NCBI GenBank assembly: GCA_035507095.1
Contig: DATJOM010000074.1
Span: forward strand, 3,941 to 67,940
DNA from: Candidatus Acidiferrum sp.
GTDB lineage: Bacteria > Vulcanimicrobiota > Vulcanimicrobiia > Vulcanimicrobiales > Vulcanimicrobiaceae
Length of the DNA: 64,000 nt
Direction of reading: 5' to 3'
Each line of letters opens with the position of its first letter. The stretch's first letter is position 1. The position numbers and the translations under genes were made by a program. The notes below the pieces were generated by a model. It was given only the letters and a program-made list of their open reading frames with translations. It did no database searches and was not told the origin of the DNA. Below are positions 54,732-62,968 of this stretch, one piece after another.

Positions 54732-55885
54732 TAGATGATCTCCAGGTCGGCCTGCAGCGAACCCGCAGTGCGAAGGGCTTGGACAATTGCGATCAAGTCG
54801 CGCGGCGAGACGCCGAGCGCATTGAGCGCGCGGACCACCGACGCCAGCGTGGTCGCGCCCGCGACGAAGGTGAGCTGGTGGCCCTTCTCCGCCGTGTTTA
54901 CGGTCGTGTTCTGTTGCAGCGCGGTGCGGCCGGTCGCAAACGCGTTCGGCTGTACGACCTGATTGGTGGTCGTGATCTCGATCGTGAGGTCGCCGGATGC
55001 GATCGCGCACGGCGCGAGGCGAATGTCGCCGCCCATGACCACCGTGCCGGTACGCTCGTTCATCACGACCTTGGCGAGCTCGTCCTGGTTGAAGCTCAGA
55101 TCGGACGCGTCGGCGAGAAATTGCACGGTGTTATTCGCGTACTGCGAGGGGAGCTGGATGTGCACGGTCTCGGCATCAAGCGCGGTCGCCGTACGCGCCC
55201 CGAAGTGCGCGTTGAGCAGCGCGGCGAGATTCGCTGCCGTCCGATAATCCGGCGTGGTAAGCACGTAGTTAAAACCGCTCGGCGAATTCTGCAACGGCGT
55301 GATCATATCGCGCGCGATCACCGCTCCGTTGGGGATACGGCCGGCGCCCGTGAAGTTTTTGTTGACGGTTGAACCGCCGAAGCCGGCGACGAAGCCGCCG
55401 ACGGACATTGGGCCCTGCGCCGTCGCGTACACGAGGTTATTCGCCGCGCGCAACTCGGTGAGGACCAGCGTTCCGCCTTGCAAGCTAGTTGCATCGCCCA
55501 TCGCCGAAACGTCGACGTCGACGTTATCGCCCGAGTGCGCGAACGGCGGCAGCGTTGCGGTGACCATTACAGCGGCGACGTCGCGCGTACGCACGTCTTG
55601 CTGCGTAACGGTCAAGCCGAAGGTCTGGAGGATGTTCTGAATCGTTTGGCTCGTGAAAATGACCGAGGTCGAGTCGCCGGTGCCTTGCAAACCGACGACG
55701 ACCCCGTAACCCACCAGCTGGTTGCCGGTGACCCCTTGCACGTGCGCGATGTCTTTTACGAGCACCGGCCGGCCGAAGCTCTGACCGTACTGTTGCGCGA
55801 GCGCGCTCGAACTCGCGCACGCAAACGCGAGGAGCAGCGCGATGAATGAGCGAGCGAATGCGCCAGGGCGCGCTAAAATAGCCAA
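54731..55885 (-). CDS. flgI: flagellar P-ring protein
   Basis: Signal peptide, then VKDIAHVQGVTGNQLVGYGVVVGLQGTGDS. C-terminal ...IVQALRTAGSLQADLEII. Confidence 0.95.
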   Translation of the reverse strand: MAILARPGAFARSFIALLLAFACASSSALAQQYGQSFGRPVLVKDIAHVQGVTGNQLVGYGVVVGLQGTGDSTSVIFTSQTIQNILQTFGLTVTQQDVRTRDVAAVMVTATLPPFAHSGDNVDVDVSAMGDATSLQGGTLVLTELRAANNLVYATAQGPMSVGGFVAGFGGSTVNKNFTGAGRIPNGAVIARDMITPLQNSPSGFNYVLTTPDYRTAANLAALLNAHFGARTATALDAETVHIQLPSQYANNTVQFLADASDLSFNQDELAKVVMNERTGTVVMGGDIRLAPCAIASGDLTIEITTTNQVVQPNAFATGRTALQQNTTVNTAEKGHQLTFVAGATTLASVVRALNALGVSPRDLIAIVQALRTAGSLQADLEII

Positions 55886-56469
55886 CTGATGATCCTCGCT
55901 AGCAACCCTTTGTTCTTCTGATCGTCGCCTTTGAACGAGGCTTGGACGTTCGCCACGTGCGAGGCGAGCACCGTATCCGTAAAGTCGATATCCTCGGGCC
56001 GAATCGTGCCGGTGATGTGCAACGTCTGCTGCCGGCCGTTGACCGACAAACCTTGATCGCCGGTGATCTCGAGCGCGCCACTCGGCAACACGCCGGTTAC
56101 CGTCGCCATCATGGTCGAGGTGAATGAATCAGCGCCACCTGCCGACTGCGCCACGCTGGCCGCGGTCTGTCCCGAAACGCTGTTGTTCAGGCGCACCAGC
56201 GGCAAGTTGAAGATACCGGTACCATTGCCGCCGCTGGCAGATGCCGACTTCGCACTCGAGTAGTTGTTGGTGTGCGAATTGGCATCGGCGATGTCGAACT
56301 GGACGTAGACGAGATCGCCGATCTGGCCCGCACGGTGATCGGCCATCAAGCGCAAGGGATGTCCCGGCGCGGCCGGTGGCGGCGCCGCCTGATAGAGTGA
56401 GTCGGCCGACGCGGCTACCGGCGCAACGAGCGCCACAAGTGCGAACGCGGCAAGCAGAATGCGCATCAT
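55873..56469 (-). CDS. flgH: flagellar L-ring protein
   Basis: LMADHRAGQIGDLVYVQF...LEITGDQGLSVNGRQQTLHITGTIRPEDI pattern. Signal peptide but no cysteine anywhere in the protein. Confidence 0.9.
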   Translation of the reverse strand: MMRILLAAFALVALVAPVAASADSLYQAAPPPAAPGHPLRLMADHRAGQIGDLVYVQFDIADANSHTNNYSSAKSASASGGNGTGIFNLPLVRLNNSVSGQTAASVAQSAGGADSFTSTMMATVTGVLPSGALEITGDQGLSVNGRQQTLHITGTIRPEDIDFTDTVLASHVANVQASFKGDDQKNKGLLARIISWLF

Positions 56470-57179
56470 TGTGTCTCCCCCGACAGGTTCACTTCCACGC
56501 GATCCGGACCGACCACGGTGCCGGTGAGCACCTTGCTGGTTTGCGGATTATAAACGCTGACTTCGTCGCCCAGTCCACCGCTGCTCCGGGCCACGACATC
56601 GGTTGCGATACGCACGCCGTTGCTGTCAACGATCAAGCTGACCGTATTCCCGGCCTTGACGATTTGATCGACGCGCGTGTCTTCGATCGTTACCGGCGTG
56701 CCGGCGCGCACCGCCGCGACGACGCGCCGGCCGACGAGTACGTCGGTCCCGTTGGTGCGTTCACCGGTATAGACCATACGCGCCATCTTGAGATCACTCG
56801 CGCTGAGCACCGCGCCCGGCACGAGATCGTGCGTCGCAACCGCGGTCCGCACGTAGCGCTGGACACGGTAGCCGACGAAGATCTGGCGCAGGAACTTGCC
56901 GTCCAGATCGACTTGAATCGGCACGTTAACGTAGGTGGGCGTCACGATCGCGCTTTGCGCAACCAGTTCGACGTGTCCGGCCGGCACGATTTGGTCCGGA
57001 ACCGGATAGGCCTGCACGAGCTGCGCGTCGCCGCTGAGCCGCACGGCCTTGCCGATTGGCGTCGCGAGCGCTTCGAAGCTGCTGCCCTTGACGGTCTGCG
57101 TCATCGCGGCGCACACGATCCCCGGCACGCACGCGAGGGCGAGCGCGAGAGTGGCGGCGGCGAGCGGCAGACGCTTCAT
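56466..57179 (-). CDS. flgA: flagellar P-ring assembly chaperone FlgA
   Basis: Signal peptide. C-terminal SAF/ChapFlgA region (VKAGNTVSLIVDSNGVRIATDVVARSSGGLGDEVSVYNPQTSKVLTGTV). Confidence 0.82.
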   Translation of the reverse strand: MKRLPLAAATLALALACVPGIVCAAMTQTVKGSSFEALATPIGKAVRLSGDAQLVQAYPVPDQIVPAGHVELVAQSAIVTPTYVNVPIQVDLDGKFLRQIFVGYRVQRYVRTAVATHDLVPGAVLSASDLKMARMVYTGERTNGTDVLVGRRVVAAVRAGTPVTIEDTRVDQIVKAGNTVSLIVDSNGVRIATDVVARSSGGLGDEVSVYNPQTSKVLTGTVVGPDRVEVNLSGETQ

Positions 57180-57190
57180 CGATCAGTATC

Positions 57191-57982
57191 CTATTGGAAC
57201 GGCGACATCGCGATAGCGGTTTGCAGCATGTTGTCGGCCGCGCCGATCGCCTTCGAATTGGCCTCGTACGCGCGCTGCGACACGATCATGTTCACCATCT
57301 CGTTGACGACCGAGACATTGGAATTTTCTAGGTAGCCGCCCTCGAGAATGCCGGCGCCGTTGAGACCCGGTGTCGTCACGATCGGCGGACCACTCGCGCC
57401 CGTTTCGACCAACAGGTTCTGACCCGTCGGCGAAAGACCGGCGTTGTTCACGAAGCGCGCGAGCTGCAGTTGCCCGAGCGTCTGCGGCTGCACGCTACCC
57501 GGAACCTGTGCGGTGACCGAACCATCGCTAGCGATGTTCACCGAGATCGCGTTTTGCGGAATCGTGATCTGCGGCTGCACGAAGTAGCCCTCGGCCGTGA
57601 CGATCGAACCGTTCGCATCTTCTTTGAACGAGCCGTCGCGCGTGTACGCCGTCGTGCCGTCGGGAAGCGTGACCTGGAAGAAGCCGTCACCTTCGATTGC
57701 AACGTCGAGGTTGTTGCCGGTTTGCACGAGCGAGCCTTGCGTGAAGACTTTCTCGGAGTCCGACACGTTGACGCCCAAACCGACCTGTTGGCCAACCGGC
57801 ACGACCGACGCGCCGATCGGTGCGCCCGGAACCGACAGGCTCTGGTACACCAAGTCTTGGAAGCGCGCCTGATTGCTCTTGAAGCCCTGCGTATCGACGT
57901 TCGCGAGGTTGTTGGAAATCGTGTCCATGTTGTACTGCTGGGCCACCATGCCGGTTGCTGCAGTGAAGAGTGCTCGCATCAT
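57191..57982 (-). CDS. flgG: flagellar distal rod protein
   Basis: MMRALFTAATGMVAQQYNMDTISNNLANVDTQGFK... and C-terminal LENSNVSVVNEMVNMIVSQRAYEANSK. Confidence 0.93.
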   Translation of the reverse strand: MMRALFTAATGMVAQQYNMDTISNNLANVDTQGFKSNQARFQDLVYQSLSVPGAPIGASVVPVGQQVGLGVNVSDSEKVFTQGSLVQTGNNLDVAIEGDGFFQVTLPDGTTAYTRDGSFKEDANGSIVTAEGYFVQPQITIPQNAISVNIASDGSVTAQVPGSVQPQTLGQLQLARFVNNAGLSPTGQNLLVETGASGPPIVTTPGLNGAGILEGGYLENSNVSVVNEMVNMIVSQRAYEANSKAIGAADNMLQTAIAMSPFQ

Positions 57983-58003
57983 ATGGGTTTGCTCAGCTCC
58001 TCG

Positions 58004-58834
58004 CTATTGCGTCTTGCCGACCATTGCGATGGCCGTGTTGGTTGCGTCATCTTGGGTCTTGACGGATTTTTCGTTTGCGTCGAACCAGCGCTCGGCCGTG
58101 ATCAAATCGACCATGGATTTCACGACGTTGGCATTGCTCGTTTCGAGATAGCCTTGTTGCACCGTCGCGGCCGTCGTCGGGGTCGGTCCCGCTGCGTTGC
58201 CGCTGATCGCGTAATTGTTCGTGCCTTCGGGGCGCAGATTCAGGAGGCTGTTGAACTGCGTCAACTGCAGCTGGCCGACCGCGATCGCCTGATTGCCCGC
58301 AGTCGCGCTAGCCGAATTCTGATAAATTGTGCCGTCGGCTTGAATCGTGACGGTGCCGCCGGTCGGTTGCAATTGAATCGCCTGGCCCTGCGTGTTCAGC
58401 ACGAGGTTGCCGTCGTGCGTGCGCAAGAAGCCTTGGCCGTCTTCGGCGAATTCACCGTCGCGCGTGTAGCGAATGCCGTTTTGCGTCTGAATCGTGAAGA
58501 ACGCATTCGGGCTGTTGGTGATTGCAACGTCAAGCGGATTACCGGTGCTTTGCAGCGAGCCTTGGTCGAAACTCGTCGGCGTATCATAGACCTGCACGCC
58601 CGTGCCGAGCAGCCCGACCTCTTGCGAGACCGGCTTGCCTTTCAGCGAACCGTCCGGGGCTTTGCCCGGATCGGTTTGAATGCGGTAGACGTCGAGCGAC
58701 GGCGTGGACTCAATCTGGAGCAGCGTCTGTTTGAAGCCGCTCGTGTTCACATTAGCGAGATTGCTCGCAATGTTGTCCGCCATACTCTCCGCTACGAGCG
58801 CTCCGCTCGCAGACGTGTAGAGGCCACGTACCAA
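58004..58834 (-). CDS. flgF: flagellar proximal rod protein
   Basis: TTG at 58834 preferred (GGAGG 9 nt upstream), giving (M)VRGLYTSASGALVAESMADNIASNLANVNTSGFK. C-terminal LETSNANVVKSMVDLITAERWFDANEK. Confidence 0.85.
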   Translation of the reverse strand: MVRGLYTSASGALVAESMADNIASNLANVNTSGFKQTLLQIESTPSLDVYRIQTDPGKAPDGSLKGKPVSQEVGLLGTGVQVYDTPTSFDQGSLQSTGNPLDVAITNSPNAFFTIQTQNGIRYTRDGEFAEDGQGFLRTHDGNLVLNTQGQAIQLQPTGGTVTIQADGTIYQNSASATAGNQAIAVGQLQLTQFNSLLNLRPEGTNNYAISGNAAGPTPTTAATVQQGYLETSNANVVKSMVDLITAERWFDANEKSVKTQDDATNTAIAMVGKTQ

Positions 58835-58993
58835 AAGAAAAAACCTCCGCACGAACGGTTCCGGTTCCCCGGTTGCGCGAGACCGTCAATCAGTCGGGTC
58901 CCACTCGGCCTTCCACCCTTCGTGCGAGGTAGTCCAGGCCGCGAGCACCAGCAATCTCCTGGTACTCAGTCAAAGTGTCGGCTGAACTGGGGG

Positions 58994-59195
58994 AAAATTT
59001 AAGGGCCCGAGCTTGACCCGGCCCCTATTGCTCCATGCCGTGTCGGGCCGTTCGTCGCGCAACCTCCTGTCGCGCTCCTACTGACGCTGCGCTCGCGCCA
59101 CCAGGTGGAGGTTGACCTCCTGTCAATGGCGCTCGCGTCAGAGTCCCCTCCACAGCACGAAGCAACAAGGGCCGCTGTTGCGGCCCTTAAATTTT
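58994..59195. repeat. 202-nt structured intergenic element bracketed by perfect 14-bp inverted repeats (candidate sRNA, leader structure or MITE-like element)
   Basis: AAAATTTAAGGGCC (58994-59007) and GGCCCTTAAATTTT (59182-59195) are exact reverse complements. A strong hairpin AAGGGCCGC-TGTT-GCGGCCCTT lies at 59167-59188 next to a T/A run, just after the fliE stop. Internal inverted repeat CTGACGC (59081) / GCGTCAG (59135) encloses GGAGG-TTGA-CCTCC. On the minus strand there are three AGGAG and two TGGAG motifs. Confidence 0.55.
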
Positions 59196-59215
59196 TCTGG
59201 GGTAGATGGGATCGG

Positions 59216-59563
59216 TTAGAACTGCATCTGCGAGATTTCGGTGTAGGCGGACATGATCTTATTCCGCACCGAGAGGGTCATCTGCATGGCGAGGCCGGCC
59301 TCTTCAACCGCCTTGACGGTGCCCTCGAGATCGTGGCTCTTGCCCGTCGCGTAGTCCTCCGACTGCTGCTGTGCCTCGGTCATCTGATTGTTGACGTTGT
59401 TGAGCATCCCCGAAAGCGTGTCCTTAAAGGACGCGCCGCCGACGGCACCGGTGGCATCCTCGGGCAGCGGCTCAGCCTTCGGCCCTTGCGGGCTGATGTC
59501 GGGAGCGAACGTTCCCGGCGAGACCTTGCTCATCGCGTCGCCGTAGTTGCTGTTGATATCCAT
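59216..59563 (-). CDS. fliE: flagellar hook-basal body complex protein FliE
   Basis: 115 aa. C-terminal HDLEGTVKAVEEAGLAMQMTLSVRNKIMSAYTEISQMQF is typical of FliE. Confidence 0.88.
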   Translation of the reverse strand: MDINSNYGDAMSKVSPGTFAPDISPQGPKAEPLPEDATGAVGGASFKDTLSGMLNNVNNQMTEAQQQSEDYATGKSHDLEGTVKAVEEAGLAMQMTLSVRNKIMSAYTEISQMQF

Positions 59564-59575
59564 CTACTTCTTTCG

Positions 59576-60067
59576 TCAGCTCTTGAGGATCGAGAGGGAC
59601 GAGGCGCCCATATTCTGCGAGGCGGTGATCGCCGCGACGTTGGCCTGATAGGCGCGCGAGGCGGCCATCAGGTCGACCATTTCCTTGACGATCTCCACGT
59701 TGGGATAGTGGACGTACCCACGCGCGTCGGCCTCGGGGTTCGTCGGATCGAACTGCAAACGGTCCGGGCTCTGATCGTTCTCGATGCCGAGTACCTGCAC
59801 GCCTTCGACCTGCGCCGGATTGGAGTTCTGCGGATCGAACGGGTCGGGAGGCGCAAACGGGTCGTCGTCGCCCGAGGCTCCGACTTGGTCGGACCCCGAC
59901 GGCGCAGCCGCCTTTTGCGCAAAAATCACGAGCTGCCGCTTAAAAGCACCGCCCTGCGGCGTACGCGTCGTATTCGCGTTTGCAATATTGTTTGCAATAA
60001 CGTCCATCGCGAGGCGCTCGGCCGAGAGCCCCGACGCGCTGACCTCGACTGAATCGTAATAGCTCAT
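59576..60067 (-). CDS. flgC: flagellar basal-body rod protein FlgC
   Basis: VSASGLSAERLAMDVIANNIANANTTRTP... and YPNVEIVKEMVDLMAASRAYQANV. Confidence 0.93.
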   Translation of the reverse strand: MSYYDSVEVSASGLSAERLAMDVIANNIANANTTRTPQGGAFKRQLVIFAQKAAAPSGSDQVGASGDDDPFAPPDPFDPQNSNPAQVEGVQVLGIENDQSPDRLQFDPTNPEADARGYVHYPNVEIVKEMVDLMAASRAYQANVAAITASQNMGASSLSILKS

Positions 60068-60501
60068 TAGGTCGGCTGCTCCGTAGCCGCTTCGCGGAAG
60101 AATTTGTACTGCTCTTGCAAGAGCTGCGAGACCGTCTGCTGGTAGCTCGTGTTGTCCGAGAGCAGCGCCATCTGCTGATCGATGTCCACGTTAGACTGAT
60201 CCACGCGCATCGTGGTCGTGTCATCGACGATCGCCTTGGGATCGTAGGGCACCGGGGTGGCCGCGTCGAGCGCGAACTGCCGATCGTCATCGGTCGTCAA
60301 TGGGAGCGCGTCGGGATCTGCCGGCTCGCCCAGACTCGCCTGCAGCGCCGAACGGAAATCGACCGAGGACGTCTTGAAGCCCGGAGTGTTGACATTTGCG
60401 ATGTTGTTGGCGATTTGATCGTGTTCGAGCTTCGCGCCCTTGATCGCGTCGCCCATGACCGTCGTCGCTTCCCCGAGCGGAAGTATGCTGAAATCAGCCA
60501 T
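60067..60501 (-). CDS. flgB: flagellar basal-body rod protein FlgB
   Basis: ATG at 60501 (MADFSILPLGE...HDQIANNIANVNTPGFK); the ORF maximum is a TTG at 60507. The stop shares a base with the flgC start. Confidence 0.9.
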   Translation of the reverse strand: MADFSILPLGEATTVMGDAIKGAKLEHDQIANNIANVNTPGFKTSSVDFRSALQASLGEPADPDALPLTTDDDRQFALDAATPVPYDPKAIVDDTTTMRVDQSNVDIDQQMALLSDNTSYQQTVSQLLQEQYKFFREAATEQPT

Positions 60502-60511
60502 CTCCAAAGCG

Positions 60512-60538
60512 TTATCGGCCTACGGCAGTCAGGTCTTA
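60512..60538 (-). promoter_or_regulatory. sigma-28-like promoter candidate immediately upstream of flgB
   Basis: Minus strand TAAG (60538-60535) - N15 - GCCGATAA (60519-60512). The -10 is a perfect 8 of 8 consensus match. It sits in the 40-nt gap between the ABC exporter stop and flgB, which would give a very short leader. Confidence 0.4.
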
Positions 60539-60547
60539 AGGCGCTTG

Positions 60548-62308
60548 CTAAGCTGTAAATTGCGCGGCGTGAAGCCGGGCGTAGGCACCGTTGCGCGCGA
60601 GCAGCGCGTCGTGCGTGCCGGCTTCCGCCACGCGGCCGGCCTCAATATAGAGGATCGTGCTCGCGCGCCGGATCGTCGAGAGGCGGTGGGCGATGATCAG
60701 GGTCGTCCTGCCCGGCAAGAGCCGGTCGAGGGCCGATTCGATCAGCGCCTCCGAGTGACGGTCGAGCGCGCTCGTCGCCTCATCTAGAATCAAGATGCGC
60801 GGATCGCGCACGATCGCACGCGCAATCGCGATCCGCTGACGCTCACCGCCCGAGAGCCGGTAGCCGCGCTCACCGACTTCGGTAGCGTAACCTTCGGGCA
60901 GGGCTTGAATAAACTCGTCGGCATTTGCTTCGATCGCCGCTGCGCGAACCTCCGCATCGCTCGCGTCGAGCCGGCCGTAGCGGATGTTCTCGGTCACCGA
61001 TGCACGAAAGAGCTGCGGATCTTGCGGCACGATCGCAATTTGCGCGCGGAGGTCGGCAAGCCGGACGCCCGCGATGTCGATACCGTCGATCAAGACGGCG
61101 CCGCGCTGGGGCCGATAGAACCGCGGAATGAGATTCACAAGCGTGGTTTTCCCCGCGCCCGACGGACCGACCAATGCGACGATCTCGCCCGCATCGATCG
61201 TCGCCGTCACATCGGCGAGCGCCGGCACTTCTTCGGCATCGTACGCGAACCACACGCGATCGAACTCGACGCGCCCCTCAATGCGCGGCATCGGAGAAGG
61301 GCTGGCGACGGCCTCTTCTTCCACCGGCAGGTCGAGCAATTCGAACGCGCGGCCGGTTGAGACCAATGCCTTGCTCAGGTCGCCGAAGAATGCCGCCATG
61401 CGATTCATCGGATTGACGAGGTTGACGACGAGCAGCCAGTAGGTCCAGAGGAGCCCTTGGTTCAGCCGCCCGACCAGCACCTCGCGTACGGAAAGCCAGA
61501 TGATCACGATGACGCCGCAGGTGAGAATCGACGAAATCACGACCGGCTGCATGTAGACGAACTGATTGACTTTCATGAAGGCGCCGAAATAATCGTCATT
61601 CCGATTTCGAAAGCGCTTCGATTCAAAATCTTCGCGCCCGAAGGCCTTGACGATCCGTTGGGCCGAGAGAATCTCGGTCAACGTCGCCGAGAGATTTGCG
61701 ATACGCGATTGCGAGCGCTGCATGCTCGACGCAATCAACTTCTGAAACCTCGAGACGGCAATCGACATCAGCGGCGCAATCACGATGAGTATCAGCGTGA
61801 GCAGCCAGTCGATGTAGATCATCGCAAAGAACGAGCCCAAGAACGTGAGGAGCGCGTTGATCAACTGCGGCAGCGATACGCTCACCGCGTCGCTCATTAC
61901 TTGCAAATCGCTATTGAAGCGCGCGATCAGTTCGCCCGGGCGCCAGCGGTCGAAGACCTGCAGCGGCAAGCGTAGGAGCCGCTCGTACAGTCCCTGGCGC
62001 AGCTTGGCGAGGAAGCGTTGCCCGGAGAGCGTTGTGAGGTAGTTCGTCCCGTAGGTCGCCAGATTGGAGAGTACGAGCGAGACGTACGTTGCTCCAAGCG
62101 CGACGTAGAGCGCTTGCAGATCGGGCTTCTGGTGGTGGGTCGCCGGATCGACGACCTTGTTGATGATGACGCCGAACGCCCATGGGCCGACGAGCAAGAG
62201 CAGGCTGTTGACCGCGCCGAGCGCGATCGCCAGGAGCAAGCGCGGGTAGTAGGGACGGCCTTCGCGCGCCAGCCGCGCAACCGTGGAACGCGTGGAACCT
62301 TGCGTCAT
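60548..62308 (-). CDS. ABC exporter, fused permease/ATPase (MsbA-like)
   Basis: ORF trimmed to the ATG at 62308. Six-helix TMD, then Walker A GPSGAGKTT, signature LSGGERQR and Walker B ILILDEATSALD. Confidence 0.9.
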   Translation of the reverse strand: MTQGSTRSTVARLAREGRPYYPRLLLAIALGAVNSLLLLVGPWAFGVIINKVVDPATHHQKPDLQALYVALGATYVSLVLSNLATYGTNYLTTLSGQRFLAKLRQGLYERLLRLPLQVFDRWRPGELIARFNSDLQVMSDAVSVSLPQLINALLTFLGSFFAMIYIDWLLTLILIVIAPLMSIAVSRFQKLIASSMQRSQSRIANLSATLTEILSAQRIVKAFGREDFESKRFRNRNDDYFGAFMKVNQFVYMQPVVISSILTCGVIVIIWLSVREVLVGRLNQGLLWTYWLLVVNLVNPMNRMAAFFGDLSKALVSTGRAFELLDLPVEEEAVASPSPMPRIEGRVEFDRVWFAYDAEEVPALADVTATIDAGEIVALVGPSGAGKTTLVNLIPRFYRPQRGAVLIDGIDIAGVRLADLRAQIAIVPQDPQLFRASVTENIRYGRLDASDAEVRAAAIEANADEFIQALPEGYATEVGERGYRLSGGERQRIAIARAIVRDPRILILDEATSALDRHSEALIESALDRLLPGRTTLIIAHRLSTIRRASTILYIEAGRVAEAGTHDALLARNGAYARLHAAQFTA

Positions 62309-62400
62309 CGCAAATTCCCTTGCCGCCCGCCGAGGATGAAACCTGCCCCCGTACCCGACGGTAGTCGAAGGGTGTAGGATTGGAGCGAGACGCAACAACT

Positions 62401-62961
62401 ATGGACTGCTATTTTCACTCGAATGTTCCATCGATCGCGCCGTGCGCGCACTGTGGCAAGGCGATTTGCGCAACCTGCCGTGACGAGCAGGGCGGCTGCC
62501 CGAGCTGCCGGCTGGGACAAAAAATCGAAGCGACCGTCGGCGAGCGAAAGCAAATCCACGGCCAAGTTCCACCCCGCCCGAGCGCTCCGCCCATGCCGCC
62601 ACCGCGCGCTACGGTGACGACGATCTCCGACGACCCGGTCGAATCGCGCGCACTCGCGGCGCTCGGTTATCCGCTCTGGCCGCTCGCGCTCTTGGCGCTG
62701 CTCGACTCAAAGAAATCGAGTTACATCAAGCGCCAAGCCCTGCAAGCGCTCGGGTTCAACGTCGGCTTCGCGGCTTTTTGGGGGTTGCTCGAATTGACGA
62801 CGTTCATTCCGGTGCTCAACTGGTCGTCGTACGTGGTACTGGCTGCAATGGTGCCGCTCTTTATCCTCTCGAGCGTGATCTTCGGCATCAAAGCTTGGCA
62901 CGGCGAACCCGTGCGCGTGCCGGTTATTAGCGACTGGCTCGACGAAAAGATGCCCGCATAG
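62401..62961 (+). CDS. B-box zinc-finger / DUF4870-like membrane protein
   Basis: ATG at 62401 (MDCYFHSNVPSIAPCAHCGKAICATCR...CPSCR). Pro-rich linker, then membrane helices with a YPLWPLALLALL...KRQALQALGFNV pattern. Confidence 0.6.
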   Translation: MDCYFHSNVPSIAPCAHCGKAICATCRDEQGGCPSCRLGQKIEATVGERKQIHGQVPPRPSAPPMPPPRATVTTISDDPVESRALAALGYPLWPLALLALLDSKKSSYIKRQALQALGFNVGFAAFWGLLELTTFIPVLNWSSYVVLAAMVPLFILSSVIFGIKAWHGEPVRVPVISDWLDEKMPA

Positions 62962-62968
62962 CGGCTCC

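Noticed and set aside
59037-59140. Mini-ORFs after the AGGAGG motifs inside the fliE-flgF element (for example a 7-codon GTG ORF on the minus strand)
   Set aside because: They are too short to evaluate and their spacing to the putative Shine-Dalgarno is inconsistent. The motifs are treated as RNA features rather than coding.
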